Part shown: piece by piece, positions 49,831 through 58,719 of the stretch
How positions within the stretch are numbered: the stretch's first letter is position 1
How the letters are laid out: each line of letters starts with the position of its first letter
Origin: Alphaproteobacteria bacterium GM202ARS2
GTDB taxonomy: Bacteria > Pseudomonadota > Alphaproteobacteria > GM7ARS4
DNA length: 64,000 nt
NCBI GenBank assembly: GCA_014323835.1
Contig: JACONH010000001.1
Coordinates: 91,009 to 155,008 of the forward strand
Direction: 5' to 3'
The notes under the pieces: generated by a model
Databases searched by the model: none
What the model was told of the DNA's origin: nothing
Seen by the model: only the letters and a program-made list of their open reading frames with translations
Translations under genes and position numbers: made by a program

Positions 49831-51132
49831 CTAGCGTTCATAGTCAAACGTGTATTCTAGGGTGCCACCGATGCGTTTGCTTATCTCGTTCTCGTCATTT
49901 CTGATTTGCTGATAGCCGAGATGTAGACGCACCTGTTTGCCGACCCTATACCCTGCTGACATTCGAAAGGAGCCTTCGTTGTTGCCGCTTTGCCGATTAA
50001 CGTGGGTGTACTGCACCGCATAGAGCCAACGTTTGTCATAAAGCTGCAAAGCAATGGTGGTGAATTTGTGGTCGTTATTCGCCTCACCATCAAGAGAATC
50101 GATGCCAGCATACTCGAACACGATATGTCCTCTCGTTGCCCGAGAAAAACGATGCCCGTAATCTAAGGATAGCGACACGCTGTCCTCATCTTCGGCATCG
50201 GCGTCTTTTTCTGCCTTAGCTTGTTTGCTGTAGCCCAATCGGTAGCCGAGCTTACCAAAGACGTTTTCACCGCCTAGAGACAAAGCAAAAGAGCTCAAAT
50301 CCTCCGTATTGGCGGGTCCCCCATCGTTGAGACTACGATGCCCTCTTCGATAAAAGAGCGACTCACTAAACAAGGTTGTATCCGCAAAAAATGCCGATGC
50401 CTCGATGTCATGGTTGCCGAGATTGCGCGCGCCATCAAAAGACAACTTACCCCCTACGCCAATACGCTCACGGATTTCATATTCATGAACCGGCACATAA
50501 CCCGTAGCACCAACAAAACGATCTGGCGAAAAACCCACCGTCGGCGTAAATTTACCCACATACACCGCATACGTATCGTCATAACTATAAGTCAACCTTA
50601 AAGCCGCCAAAGAAACGGGATGATCTTGGAAAAAACTGTTGCGTGCACGTTCTTCTCCATGCTCGTCCTCATCTTCATGCCCGTGTTCATCGCCGTCTTC
50701 ATCACCATCTTCGTGGTGCTCTTCCTCTTCATGGTCGTTGCCACCACCATGCGCATGATCATGCCCTTGCGCAGCACCATCGAGAAAAATCTCGCCATCG
50801 ATAGACAAACGATGCTTGTTTTTCTCCCATAAACGCGCACCCCAATCCACATGACCATGAAGATAAAAGTCAACAATACGATCCTCTTCATGAGGAGCCG
50901 CCGTCACACCATCAAAGTGACCATTGAAATGACCATGAATAAATACAGCCTCGTCACCATGCCCTCCATGCCCCCCCCCGTGTCCATGGTCATCATGTCC
51001 CCCATGCCCCCCCCCATGGTCATGTCCCCCGTGTCCATGATTATCGTGTCCGCCTCCTGCTAAAACGGGCGTAGCCATAAGCCCCAACGTCACGCCTGCG
51101 AGCATGACAAAGTAACGCACAAAATAGCGCAT
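49831..51132 (-). CDS. Secreted His-rich/acidic metal-binding protein with probable beta-rich C-terminal domain
   Basis: The start MRYFVRYFVMLAGVTLGLMATPVLA (ATG 51130-51132, putative RBS GAGGAG) is a signal peptide. It is followed by HGHGGHDHGGGHGGHDDHGHGGGHGGHG and HEEEEHHEDGDEDGDEHGHEDEDEHGEE tracts. The C-terminal ~250 aa alternate in an OMP-like pattern. Confidence 0.7.
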   Translation of the reverse strand: MRYFVRYFVMLAGVTLGLMATPVLAGGGHDNHGHGGHDHGGGHGGHDDHGHGGGHGGHGDEAVFIHGHFNGHFDGVTAAPHEEDRIVDFYLHGHVDWGARLWEKNKHRLSIDGEIFLDGAAQGHDHAHGGGNDHEEEEHHEDGDEDGDEHGHEDEDEHGEERARNSFFQDHPVSLAALRLTYSYDDTYAVYVGKFTPTVGFSPDRFVGATGYVPVHEYEIRERIGVGGKLSFDGARNLGNHDIEASAFFADTTLFSESLFYRRGHRSLNDGGPANTEDLSSFALSLGGENVFGKLGYRLGYSKQAKAEKDADAEDEDSVSLSLDYGHRFSRATRGHIVFEYAGIDSLDGEANNDHKFTTIALQLYDKRWLYAVQYTHVNRQSGNNEGSFRMSAGYRVGKQVRLHLGYQQIRNDENEISKRIGGTLEYTFDYER

Positions 51133-51224
51133 GAGCGTATCTCCTCTATGTATGTAATAAGCCCCCTCTTCCAATCAATGAGTCTATCACAAATACTACA
51201 TGTATGCAAGTGTTTTTTTTTGAA

Positions 51225-51242
51225 AATACTATATATAGTATT
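51225..51242. promoter_or_regulatory. Perfect 18-bp palindrome AATACTATATATAGTATT, ~95 bp upstream of the His-rich protein start. An additional half-site AATACTA lies at 51192-51198
   Basis: Read directly from the sequence. Candidate operator for a dimeric (possibly metal-responsive) regulator. Confidence 0.55.
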
Positions 51243-51285
51243 GTAAGGTGAACATTCTTTTATTGTGCGTGTCGGTTCTCACGCT

Positions 51286-51471
51286 TTATTCGCCGCCGCC
51301 ACCGCCGTCGCCCCCACCGTCGCCACCGTCGTCGCCATCCCCATCGCCGTTGTGACCGTTATCTCCTCCCCATGCGTTTGCTATGATTTTACGCCCTAAA
51401 GCGAAGCCTAAAATCAGCACCAAAAAAATGAAAAATAATCCATGATTCCATCTCCTCTTTATGGGAATCAA
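51286..51471 (-). CDS. Hypothetical 61-aa single-TM peptide with Gly/Asp-rich tail (GDGDGDDGGDGGGDGGGGGE)
   Basis: ORF with a hydrophobic segment LFFIFLVLILGFALG. The tail is low-complexity (GCC/GTC repeats), so it could be spurious. Confidence 0.3.
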   Translation of the reverse strand: MIPIKRRWNHGLFFIFLVLILGFALGRKIIANAWGGDNGHNGDGDGDDGGDGGGDGGGGGE

Positions 51472-51498
51472 GCCCTCTTCTTAACACAAAAATTCATA

Positions 51499-52125
51499 TC
51501 ATGGGGCAGGATAGATATACAAGTTTTTGTGTTGCAGTTGCCATATTGTTTGTCCTAGGCGTGTTGCCTGCTCTTTGTCGTGTGTGCTGAAGAGGATAGC
51601 ACATCCTTGTGCGTGGCATTGTTGAATCAGGGCTTCTGTTCTTTGTGTGCTTGCTTCATCGAGGTGTGTTGTTGGTTCATCGAGCAACAGCAGCTGGGGC
51701 GAGACCGCCCATGCCCGAGCAATGGCAAGGCGTTGTGCTTGCCCACTCGACAGAACACCAGCGTTTGCCGTCGCATATGATTCGAGCCCAGCGACCGCCA
51801 AAGCGTCATAGGCTCGAGTCTGACGTAAATGGGCAGGATAGTTGCACAGGTGCAAAACAAAAAGAATATTCTGCAACGCCGATATATTCTGTAACAAAGC
51901 GGGCTTGGCAAAAACGAACGTCTGGCGCAGCCCTTTGTCTTTGATAAGGGTGCCACCACTCGGCAGTAACAATCCATAGATAAGCCGTAGCAACAGGGTT
52001 TTTCCAGCCCCATTGGCACCGAGCAACGCCACACAGGCTTTTTTCTCTAGAGTGCCGCACACGCCTTCCAACACCTGCGTGCCACCAACACAGAGAGACA
52101 CATCTTTCAGCGTAACACAAGCCAT
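51499..52125 (-). CDS. tupC: ABC transporter ATP-binding protein (TupC-like)
   Basis: Walker A GANGAGKT, signature LSSGQAQR, Walker B LLLDEPT; 208 aa. Confidence 0.75.
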   Translation of the reverse strand: MACVTLKDVSLCVGGTQVLEGVCGTLEKKACVALLGANGAGKTLLLRLIYGLLLPSGGTLIKDKGLRQTFVFAKPALLQNISALQNILFVLHLCNYPAHLRQTRAYDALAVAGLESYATANAGVLSSGQAQRLAIARAWAVSPQLLLLDEPTTHLDEASTQRTEALIQQCHAQGCAILFSTHDKEQATRLGQTIWQLQHKNLYIYPAP

Positions 52126-52126
52126 A

Positions 52127-52825
52127 CTAACGCCTTTGCAGACGCAACGTGCTTGACGTTATCAGCACCGACAGCAACAGCAACACAAAACCTAAAGAAA
52201 AAGCCACAGGCAAATCGCCTTTGCTGGTTTCAAGAGCAATAGCCGTTGTCATAACTCGAGTAGCATGCTCGATATTGCCGCCAACAATCATGACGCCGCC
52301 GACCTCCGATAGCCCTCGACTGAGTGCCGTCAACAGCGCCGTCAACAAAGCCATCCTCGCATCATAGAGAAAATAACACGCCATCAAAAAAGGCTTGTCG
52401 CCGCCAGGCTTATTACCACCAAAAGACAACCATTGCTCTTGGTCGGTCGCCCAGCGGTCGTATAAGGTCTGTCTCGTCATAATCGTCAATAACGGAGTCA
52501 TAATAACCACCTGCACAATCACCATAGCACTTGGCGTATACAACAGCGATAAAATGCCGAGTATCCCTTGCTTCGATAGTAGCGTATAGATGAGCAACCC
52601 TGCCAAAACCGGGGGCAAGCCGGTCAAGCTCTGCATGAGTATACGTAGAGCCCCTTGCAAAGGAAACGAGCCAATTGCCAGCACCGCCCCCAAAGGCAGA
52701 GCCAGCAAAGCCGACAGCAGAAGCGCGTAGCCGCTGACAAACAGCGACAAACCGATAATCTCAAAAAGCTGGCTATCGAAAGACACCAGTAACACGAAGG
52801 CTTGATAGATGGCGTCCCACCACAT
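52127..52825 (-). CDS. tupB: ABC transporter permease (TupB/ModB-like). Probable start MWWDAIY, overlapping the hisZ-like stop as TAATG
   Basis: Binding-protein-dependent transport permease fold with 6 predicted TM segments. Adjacent to the ABC ATPase. Confidence 0.7.
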   Translation of the reverse strand: MWWDAIYQAFVLLVSFDSQLFEIIGLSLFVSGYALLLSALLALPLGAVLAIGSFPLQGALRILMQSLTGLPPVLAGLLIYTLLSKQGILGILSLLYTPSAMVIVQVVIMTPLLTIMTRQTLYDRWATDQEQWLSFGGNKPGGDKPFLMACYFLYDARMALLTALLTALSRGLSEVGGVMIVGGNIEHATRVMTTAIALETSKGDLPVAFSLGFVLLLLSVLITSSTLRLQRR

Positions 52826-53901
52826 TACAGCACCTTCTCGATGGGCAACGGGCAACTATCGACGAGCGTATCGACGAACAACGAACAGCCCACCGCGGGT
52901 TCGGCATCGAGGGCACCAGCCGAGCGCAGACGCTGCGGCGCACGAGACGTCCGCCGTGTACCCGTCGGCAGACGCTGCACAGACGACGTCGTTGCACTGG
53001 CATTGTATTGTCCGCCACGCCCCAGCTCTCGCCCTTGCACCCGAGTCAGATATGAAAATGTAACACCGCTATGATAGGCAAACCCGTGATTTTCTAAAGG
53101 GTCAAGAACAACAGAGGCATGTTTGATGCTTTTAATGATACGTTCTGCTGTCTCGATGAACTGCTCGAGAGGACGCTTTGCTGGCAACGGCAACGAAAGG
53201 CTCTGCAGGCGAGTCACACTAACCTCGGCATCGCCCGCAGCTTCAATGAGCTGCTGAAAGGTCGGCGCGCCCTTACCGCTGAGTTGAGCAATAGCCGTCT
53301 TATCCTTGCTGTTTAAGGCGTGCCGCAAAGGGACAGCAACGTCGGGAGCAATCTCAAAATGCTCGAAAAGAGCCTGCGTCAACGGCGGCATATTCAAGTC
53401 AAGAGTCATCTCAGGGATCGACAGAGCATGCAAGCCCTCGAGGGCGAGAATCATCACCTCGATGTCGGCATTGGCGTCGTCGTTGCCGAACCGCTCGATA
53501 CCGACTTGCCCATACTGACGTGCGGGATTAAGCACACTGCCGTGGGCACACAAGGCTTCGCCCTGATACGAAAGACGTAAGGGGCGAGGATGATGCGCCA
53601 GAGATGTGCGCGCAATGCGAGCAACCTGCGTGGTAAAGTCATTGCGAATCAGCATCAAATGATTCGACACCGGATCCATCAGCTTGAGGCGGTTATCATC
53701 GCTTCCCCCTGCTGCTCCTGTTGTTTGCACCGCATGATGTGTCTCGAACTCCATCAGCGACGGCTTAACCCGAGCATAGCCTGCCGATTGAAAGTGCTTC
53801 ATCAGGCGCGCCACCACCGCAGCTTCGTAGTCTGCCTGTGGGGGTAATACATCTCGGAATCCCGATGGTAAAATGCCTTCTTTTTTTGTTGCCATCATCA
53901 T
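52825..53901 (-). CDS. hisZ: HisZ/HisS-like class II aaRS paralogue (ATP phosphoribosyltransferase regulatory subunit-like). No hisG is present in the window
   Basis: Start MMMATKKEGILPSGFRDVLP (HisS/HisZ N-terminal motif). The catalytic core lacks an anticodon-binding domain. The long upstream extension of the listed ORF overlaps serC. Confidence 0.55.
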   Translation of the reverse strand: MMMATKKEGILPSGFRDVLPPQADYEAAVVARLMKHFQSAGYARVKPSLMEFETHHAVQTTGAAGGSDDNRLKLMDPVSNHLMLIRNDFTTQVARIARTSLAHHPRPLRLSYQGEALCAHGSVLNPARQYGQVGIERFGNDDANADIEVMILALEGLHALSIPEMTLDLNMPPLTQALFEHFEIAPDVAVPLRHALNSKDKTAIAQLSGKGAPTFQQLIEAAGDAEVSVTRLQSLSLPLPAKRPLEQFIETAERIIKSIKHASVVLDPLENHGFAYHSGVTFSYLTRVQGRELGRGGQYNASATTSSVQRLPTGTRRTSRAPQRLRSAGALDAEPAVGCSLFVDTLVDSCPLPIEKVL

Positions 53902-55031
53902 GCCTGTTTGTTGATTTGCGCATACCCCCACGTCAGCCACTGACAAAGCCTCTGGAGGTCGTCTGTTTCCACGGTGGGCCCTGTCCAGATACGCAATCCG
54001 CACGGTGCCTGAGGGTGCGATTGAATATCGTAAGCTGCCCCCTGCTGTGCCAATAAGGCACACAGTGCCTGCACTCGTGCCTCCGAGTTCTCCTCATCGG
54101 TCAACCGCAACGTCAAAGGTGCCGGCGGACGATGGGCTGCCTCAGGCACAAGAAAGTCAACCCACGGACATGCCGACACCCAATCACACATAAGGCGATG
54201 ATTGTCCCACGCCTTGCTCGCCAGAGAAGCAACCCCGCCCTGCTTTTGTGCCCAGTCCAGACACCAACGTAAATCCTCCAACAGCAACAAGGACGTGGAA
54301 TTGATGGGTTGCATGCGTAACGTAGCATGCTCGTCCGTCAACGACAAAAGGTGCGGAGCCGCCTTTGTCGCTGGTGGGCGCGCCGCCAGACGACGTTGAG
54401 CCTTCTCAGACAAGACCAACCAGCCTAAGAAGGCTTCACAGCCTAACGCTTTTTGCAAGGAAAAAGCAACAACGTCCAGCTGCTCCCACGGCAGAGGGTG
54501 CATGAACACCACTGAGGTCGCATCACAAAACACCAGCCCATCGGCTGGTCGCTCGCCAAAGGGAAGGCTCTGACCTATCCACGCCCCTGCCGTTGTGCCA
54601 TTCCAAGCAAAAAGCACATCCTCCTGCGTCATGTCCTGACAATTCGGCACCTGACCATAATCGGCATGCCGCACCGACAGTTTGTCGCCAACCAGCATGG
54701 CAGCGATGTTCGCCCACAGCTTGCCGAAGTGCTCCCAGACCAAAGCACAGACCCCATAGCGTGGCTCGAGAAGAGCCCATAAAGCCGACTCCATAGCACC
54801 GCTCGCTGAACCAACCATCGGCACTAAACGATGACCGGGCGGTATCATCAGCAATTCACGTAAAAGGGCGCGGGCTGAACGCAAACGAGAAACTGCCTCA
54901 CCCGTGCGATGATAACGCCCCAAAAGCGATACATCCAAAGACGACAAACGCCACGATGACGGCTTCACCGCAGGGCCCGAAGCAAAGGAGGGATGACGAG
55001 GCTTATGCCAAGGACGACCAACCATCACCAA
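53898..55031 (-). CDS. serC: Phosphoserine aminotransferase (class V aminotransferase); start ambiguous
   Basis: HPSFASGPAVKP resembles the SerC N-terminus (FNFSSGPA). PLP-fold blocks present. Confidence 0.7.
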   Translation of the reverse strand: MVMVGRPWHKPRHPSFASGPAVKPSSWRLSSLDVSLLGRYHRTGEAVSRLRSARALLRELLMIPPGHRLVPMVGSASGAMESALWALLEPRYGVCALVWEHFGKLWANIAAMLVGDKLSVRHADYGQVPNCQDMTQEDVLFAWNGTTAGAWIGQSLPFGERPADGLVFCDATSVVFMHPLPWEQLDVVAFSLQKALGCEAFLGWLVLSEKAQRRLAARPPATKAAPHLLSLTDEHATLRMQPINSTSLLLLEDLRWCLDWAQKQGGVASLASKAWDNHRLMCDWVSACPWVDFLVPEAAHRPPAPLTLRLTDEENSEARVQALCALLAQQGAAYDIQSHPQAPCGLRIWTGPTVETDDLQRLCQWLTWGYAQINKQA

Positions 55032-56953
55032 AGATCATAATACCAGGGCACAAATAACGTGAAGGCAACCCAAATCACACCAGCAAGGGGCAGACCCACG
55101 TTGATAAAGTCCTTAAAGCGATAGTGACCAGGCCCCATCACCAACAAATTGGTTTGATAGCCAATCGGCGTAATAAAGCAACAATTGGCAGCAAAAATGA
55201 CCGCAATCGCAAAAACGATTGGATCAACGCCAATGCTGGTGGCAATCTTCACCGCAATAGGCGTGAAAATTAACGCACAAGCATTATTGCTAATCATGTT
55301 GGTCATAACAGCAATGAACAGGAAAAAGACTGATAACAAGCCCACGGGGCCCAGCCACGAAAAGAAATAGACGAGAATATGGGCTAAGTACTCGGCAGCC
55401 CCGGTTTTCTCCAGCATCGTGCCAAGAGCCAACGCCGTCGCGATGAGCAAGATAAGTTTTCTATCCAAAGCACGCATGGCTTGATTGGGACGCACCACCC
55501 TTAAGGCGAGCATCACCACCGCACCCAAGACCGCTGCCGCAACGATAGGCAGAACGTTACTGACAATGAGACCGACTGTTCCTAACATCACCATAAAGGC
55601 GCGCCTTGCCATCATCGGATTAGGCAGTTGAATGGCAGAACGCTCGATGACTAAAAGATCCTGCGGGGCTTTCTGGGGAATACTCCGAATGTTCTGTGTT
55701 CTTGCCATAACCAGCAGAATGTCGCCTGCCTCCAACGGAATTTCGGTTAAACGCTGACTCAAAATACGGGCGCGGCGGCGCAAACCTAAAACGATGCCGC
55801 CAAAACGATAGCGGAAGCCCATCCGCTCGAGAGTCATGCCAATCAATATCGATGCCGGCAAAACCATGACCTCGCTAATCATCCGCCCCGTCTCGTCACC
55901 GTGACCCTCGCCAAAACGAAACGACTCGAGATAGCCCTCGCCCAGAATGACGTTGTCATCGTTGGTCAAATCCGCAAGAGCCTTGTTCGTCGCCGATATC
56001 ACCAAAACATCGCCCGCCTCCAAAGCAAAAGAACGATACGGCGGCACCTCACTATGCTCGCCGCGCAGAATCATACGCACACGCACATCCTTCAAAGACG
56101 CAAATGAACCATCCAACGACGTCTCGCCAATCAACTTCGACTTCGCCGGTATCGTTATCTGAGCCAGAAAAGGCTTGTCATTCTCTTCCCGAAAAAGATC
56201 GGTCGCCATCGTCCCGCGCGCCGTCAACAGACGAGGGGCAACCAAAACAAGATACAAAAAACCCGTGCCAGCAAGAACAATGCCCGGCACCGTAAACTCA
56301 AAGAAGGATAACTCACGCAAACCAAGATTCTGCAATGAACTCGACACTAAAATGTTGGTGCTCGAGCCAATCAACGTGGTCATACCGCCCAAAATCGCCG
56401 CAAAACTCATCGGCATCATCACAAGACTAGGCGACTGATCAAAGCGATTCGCCAAAGCCTGCATAATCGGGATAAAAATAACTACAATGGGCGTGTTATT
56501 CAAAAAACCGCTCATCAACGTTATCGACAACAAGATAAGACCCACCGTTACATGCCAATAACGAGTGCCCAAAGCAAAAAGACGCTGAGCCAGACGATCC
56601 AACGAGCCCGTCTGCATCAACCCCTGGCCAATCACCAAAAACGCCGCTATCGTTATTAACGCAGGACTCGAAAAACCACGCAAAACATCGCTACTGCCCA
56701 GAATAATGCCTTGTGAATCTCGCAACGGAAAAAGACTCAAGAAAATCAACAGCAATGTCAACGTCCACAGAGAAACAACCTCCATCGGAAACGTCTCGCT
56801 CATCGAGTAAAGACCAACAACAACAAACGTAGCCAGCAAAGCCAGAATTATCGGAAGTGTAGGGAGCAAACTATGTTCTACCATCAAGGATAGTCCAGAA
56901 AATACAACAAAAAATAAGGAAACACCCAGAGACACGCCATCGCAAACAAACAT
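55025..56953 (-). CDS. SLC13/DASS-family anion permease with two internal TrkA-C (RCK_C) domains
   Basis: N- and C-terminal transporter halves flank ~200 aa of cytoplasmic TrkA-C-like sequence (...KDVRVRMILRGE..., ...EAGDILLVMART...). Confidence 0.7.
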   Translation of the reverse strand: MFVCDGVSLGVSLFFVVFSGLSLMVEHSLLPTLPIILALLATFVVVGLYSMSETFPMEVVSLWTLTLLLIFLSLFPLRDSQGIILGSSDVLRGFSSPALITIAAFLVIGQGLMQTGSLDRLAQRLFALGTRYWHVTVGLILLSITLMSGFLNNTPIVVIFIPIMQALANRFDQSPSLVMMPMSFAAILGGMTTLIGSSTNILVSSSLQNLGLRELSFFEFTVPGIVLAGTGFLYLVLVAPRLLTARGTMATDLFREENDKPFLAQITIPAKSKLIGETSLDGSFASLKDVRVRMILRGEHSEVPPYRSFALEAGDVLVISATNKALADLTNDDNVILGEGYLESFRFGEGHGDETGRMISEVMVLPASILIGMTLERMGFRYRFGGIVLGLRRRARILSQRLTEIPLEAGDILLVMARTQNIRSIPQKAPQDLLVIERSAIQLPNPMMARRAFMVMLGTVGLIVSNVLPIVAAAVLGAVVMLALRVVRPNQAMRALDRKLILLIATALALGTMLEKTGAAEYLAHILVYFFSWLGPVGLLSVFFLFIAVMTNMISNNACALIFTPIAVKIATSIGVDPIVFAIAVIFAANCCFITPIGYQTNLLVMGPGHYRFKDFINVGLPLAGVIWVAFTLFVPWYYDLW

Positions 56954-57055
56954 CTCGTGCGCATCAAATCTCCGTCCTGTCTAAAGCAAAAAGATGTTTT
57001 TTTCAAGCCGATTCTCTTATGGACGCAGCTTTTGACAAAAAATGACAGTAACCTT

Positions 57056-57898
57056 ATGCCAACACGTATGTTGCGCTTTTTTTTATCTCCTCGTCTTGCC
57101 CCTATCGTGGTGCTGTGCGGTGCCCTCCTTGCGTTTCTGGTGCTGAACCCCTCAACAGAGGAAAACGACTCGCTTATTCTTGTGGCAACCACGTCCACAG
57201 ATAACTCTGGGCTTCTCGAATTTCTTCTGCCCCATTTTGAGGACAAATACGCCATCAACGTGCGTGTGTTGACGACGGGAAGCGGGCAAGCCCTCAACAT
57301 TGGCAGAAATGGCGATGCCGATGTTCTGCTTGTCCATGATCCCCATGCCGAGCAGCAGTTTGTGCGTGCTGGTCATGCTCGTTTTCATCATGCCATCATG
57401 CACAACGACTTTATTCTTGTGGGGCCCCGCCATGACCCCTGTGCCATCAAAGGAGCGAGCAACCTCCGCCAAGCCATGACTCTTTTTCTTGCCTCGTGCG
57501 CGCCCTTCATCTCACGAGGCGATAACAGCGGCACACACACCAAAGAAAAAGAACTCTGGCACAACGCCACTATCACCAACCACGAGGCACAACCATGGTA
57601 CCGCCAAAGCGGAAGCGGTATGGGGGCAACCCTCAACATCGCCGCCAGCTTGGATGCTTACACCTTGTCCGACCGCGCAACATTCACCAGCTTCATGAAC
57701 AAACAAAATCTCGTTGTCCTTTACCAAAAAGACCCGCACCTCGATAACGTCTACAGCCTGATTCTCCCCAAAAAGCATCGCCACAGCACCACCACGCCCG
57801 CTCAACAACTGGCACAATGGCTCACCAGCCCAGAAGGTAAGGATACCATCAATGCCTTCACCATTCATAACCAACAGGTCTTCTTTGCGACGCCATGA
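57056..57898 (+). CDS. tupA: Tungstate/molybdate-type ABC substrate-binding protein (TupA/WtpA-like); start 57056 or 57068
   Basis: LVATTSTDNSGLLEFLLPHFE...LTTGSGQALNIGRNGDADVLLVHDP matches the TupA family pattern. Signal peptide present. Confidence 0.75.
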   Translation: MPTRMLRFFLSPRLAPIVVLCGALLAFLVLNPSTEENDSLILVATTSTDNSGLLEFLLPHFEDKYAINVRVLTTGSGQALNIGRNGDADVLLVHDPHAEQQFVRAGHARFHHAIMHNDFILVGPRHDPCAIKGASNLRQAMTLFLASCAPFISRGDNSGTHTKEKELWHNATITNHEAQPWYRQSGSGMGATLNIAASLDAYTLSDRATFTSFMNKQNLVVLYQKDPHLDNVYSLILPKKHRHSTTTPAQQLAQWLTSPEGKDTINAFTIHNQQVFFATP

Positions 57899-58719
57899 CC
57901 CCAGACTCATTCGATAAACACGCCGTCTACCTCGTTTTAGATGGAGGATTAGGCAATCAAATGTTCCAATATGCTTTTGCCCTTGCCCTCGCTCAGCATA
58001 AAAAAGCACGACTCTATTTGACCCTTTATCGTTTTTATAAAAACAACCGACGAAACTATCTTCTTGGTGGCTTTGACCTAAAAGCGTTCGTTATCTTAGA
58101 AAAATTTTTCTCCCCCTTCCCATACACCTTCGAACCGCACTATCACTATTGGCATGGCTGGCGCGATGTCGCTCTGCCGTGTCGCTTGCTGGGCTACTGG
58201 CAGTCGGAACGCTATTTTCAAGACATCAAAGAGCAAATTCACACTATTTTTGCCCTCAATCGATTCCGCAATCACGAAAACACCGACATCTTCCGCCAAA
58301 TCCAACAAGCCGAACACAGCGTCGGCGTCCATATCCGCCGCGGCGATTATCTGGTGAAAAAACATCTTCAACACCACGGTATCATGTGTGCCGACTATTA
58401 CGAAAAAGCCCGCACCCTCATAGAAGCGCGCTATCCTCAGGCGACCTTTTTTATTTTTTCAGACGAGCCCAAACGAGCCTATCAAGAGCTCGGACACTGG
58501 AGTCGCACGCACTTTGTCGTCCACAACAACAACCCCTACCAAGAGATGATGCTTCTGAGCGCCTGTCACCACCAAATTATCGCCAACAGCTCCTTCAGTT
58601 GGTGGGCGGCTTGGCTGAATCGCTATCCCGATAAAAAAGTGATTGCCCCGCACCAATGGTTTCTTGATAAAACATTGGATACGACAGACCTCATTCCTTC
58701 AGGATGGCTTAAGCTATGA
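57895..58719 (+). CDS. futC: Glycosyltransferase family 11, alpha-1,2-fucosyltransferase-like
   Basis: LDGGLGNQMFQYAFA (GT11 motif I) and HIRRGDYL (motif II). Confidence 0.8.
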   Translation: MTPDSFDKHAVYLVLDGGLGNQMFQYAFALALAQHKKARLYLTLYRFYKNNRRNYLLGGFDLKAFVILEKFFSPFPYTFEPHYHYWHGWRDVALPCRLLGYWQSERYFQDIKEQIHTIFALNRFRNHENTDIFRQIQQAEHSVGVHIRRGDYLVKKHLQHHGIMCADYYEKARTLIEARYPQATFFIFSDEPKRAYQELGHWSRTHFVVHNNNPYQEMMLLSACHHQIIANSSFSWWAAWLNRYPDKKVIAPHQWFLDKTLDTTDLIPSGWLKL

